From the NCBI GenBank assembly GCA_016191115.1, contig JACPPG010000038.1:32907-96906 (forward strand): a DNA stretch of 64,000 nt, given 5' to 3'. Shown in pieces: positions 62,941 through 64,000 of this stretch. Both the position numbers and the translations under genes were made by a program. Below the pieces are notes generated by a model. The model ran no database searches and had not been told where the DNA came from. It saw only the letters and a list, made by a program, of their open reading frames with translations. This DNA is from Planctomycetia bacterium. GTDB taxonomy: Bacteria > Planctomycetota > Planctomycetia > Pirellulales > JACPPG01. Numbering within the stretch: position 1 is the first letter of the stretch; each line of letters begins with the position of its first letter.

Positions 62941-63423
62941 TCACTCCTCGTCCCGCCGAATCTCCAGGATCTCGAACTTCATCATGCCCTTGGGCACCTG
63001 AATCTCGACCTTGTGCCCGACCTTGTGGCCGATCAGGCCCTGGGCCAGAGGGCTGGTAATCTGGATCTTGCCGTTGTCGTAGTCCTCATCGCCGGCGCCC
63101 ACCAGCGTGAATTCCTCCGTGTCGCCGAAGTCGAGGTCCTTCACCACCACCGTCACGCCGAACACCACCTCATCCTTCGGCAGGGTCGACGGGTCGACGA
63201 TCCGCGAGCGGGCCAGCTTGTCGCGCAGCAGATTGATCTTCGCCTGCAGCATGGCCTGCAACTCCCGCGCGCCGTGGTACTCGGCATTTTCGCTCAGGTC
63301 CCCCTCGCTGCGGGCGCTGGCGATTTGCTGGGCGATCTTCGGCATCTCGACCGATTCCATGTTCGCCAACTCGGCCTTCAGCTTGTCGTAGCCGGAGCGG
63401 CTCATGGGGATGACGTCGGACAT
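62941..63423 (-). CDS. greA: transcription elongation factor GreA
   Basis: [12 protein letters not shown] ... [15 protein letters not shown] ... [20 protein letters not shown]. Confidence 0.92.
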   Translation of the reverse strand: MSDVIPMSRSGYDKLKAELANMESVEMPKIAQQIASARSEGDLSENAEYHGARELQAMLQAKINLLRDKLARSRIVDPSTLPKDEVVFGVTVVVKDLDFGDTEEFTLVGAGDEDYDNGKIQITSPLAQGLIGHKVGHKVEIQVPKGMMKFEILEIRRDEE

Positions 63424-63539
63424 GGCTCACTTCTCCACAGGCGAAAAAAAGCGGCCCCCGAAATGCCTGGAGGCCGCGTCCGATGGACCTATTCTGGCCA
63501 AGGAGAAGTGGGCTTGTAAAGTGCAGTTAGGGCATGCAC

Positions 63540-63693
63540 CAGGGTCATTCTGCTTTTCAAAATGGCGAGGCGGGAAAATGGGACTGGCTCCGAGCAACAG
63601 CGCAAGTCCTTTGAGACCAACGTCGCGTCTCGGTGCCTGTCCCACTTTCCCGCCGGTGCGCCGCCGGCAAGCTTAAATCTGTGAACGGCCCTG
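63540..63693 (-). mobile_element. 157-bp CAGGGCC MITE, copy H (154 bp, intact ends)
   Basis: CAGGGTCATTCTGC ... GTGAACGGCCCTG. Flanking repeat AGGGCATGCAC (63529-63539) / AGGGCGTGCAC (63694-63704). 3-bp internal deletion. Confidence 0.88.
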
Positions 63694-63744
63694 AGGGCGT
63701 GCACAGGCCGCCGCAGCCTTGCAATGTGGCAGGTGAGAAGAGGG

Positions 63745-63913
63745 GGGGGCCCGCTCCACGGGCAGGCACGAGCCCGACGCACCAGCAAGGGGCGGGAAAG
63801 TGGGACCAGCAGTGAGACGCGACGTTTGGTCTCAAAGGACTTGCGCTCTTGGCGCTCGGAGCCAGTCCCCCTCTTGCCGCCTCCTCCCTTTTTGAAAAGC
63901 AGAAACGGCCCTG
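63745..63913 (+). mobile_element. divergent relative of the CAGGGCC MITE, copy I
   Basis: Shares GGCGGGAAAGTGGGAC, GACTTGCGCT, CTCGGAGCCAGTCCC and the end AGAAACGGCCCTG. The left boundary is approximate and no flanking duplication was recognised. Confidence 0.6.
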
Positions 63914-64000
63914 GCCGGGCTCCTCATTCAGGAGATACTGCAAAGTCCGGGGTCTGGGCTCATTTTGTCGGCACATGCGGTTCTCAATTCTTCCGAAGGA

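Overview
High-GC (mid-60s % by hand count of sample lines) chromosomal segment that looks like Planctomycetota, probably Pirellulales-like. The basis is DUF1553/PSCyt + DUF1501 gene pairs, a PVC-type heme-binding CxxCH giant protein, a PEP-CTERM subtilase, an H4MPT-pathway ftr gene and a GH57-based glycogen cluster. I support about 48 protein-coding genes, mostly housekeeping or metabolic: prkA-yeaH-spoVR operon, glgA/GH57/galT cluster, fabI, greA, rarA, bioD, aguB, yggS, a P450, an ECF sigma module and a sigma-54 activator. I found no rRNA, tRNA, CRISPR array, prophage or transposase gene. The unusual part is the non-coding DNA. (1) A 157-bp non-autonomous transposon (MITE) with CAGGGCC terminal inverted repeats and locus-specific 10-11 bp target-site duplications occurs 9 times, plus one mini-derivative. 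One copy is inserted in frame into the 3' end of a small ORF. (2) Several families of long palindromes built from short tandem words occupy most other spacers. They are AT-rich at 3' junctions and GC-rich near 5' ends. A ~0.8-kb low-GC islet carries an orphan HNH endonuclease. I did not find a convincing multi-gene novel system. The repeat/MITE repertoire is the strongest candidate for something undescribed. All product calls rest on motif recognition by eye, not database searches.
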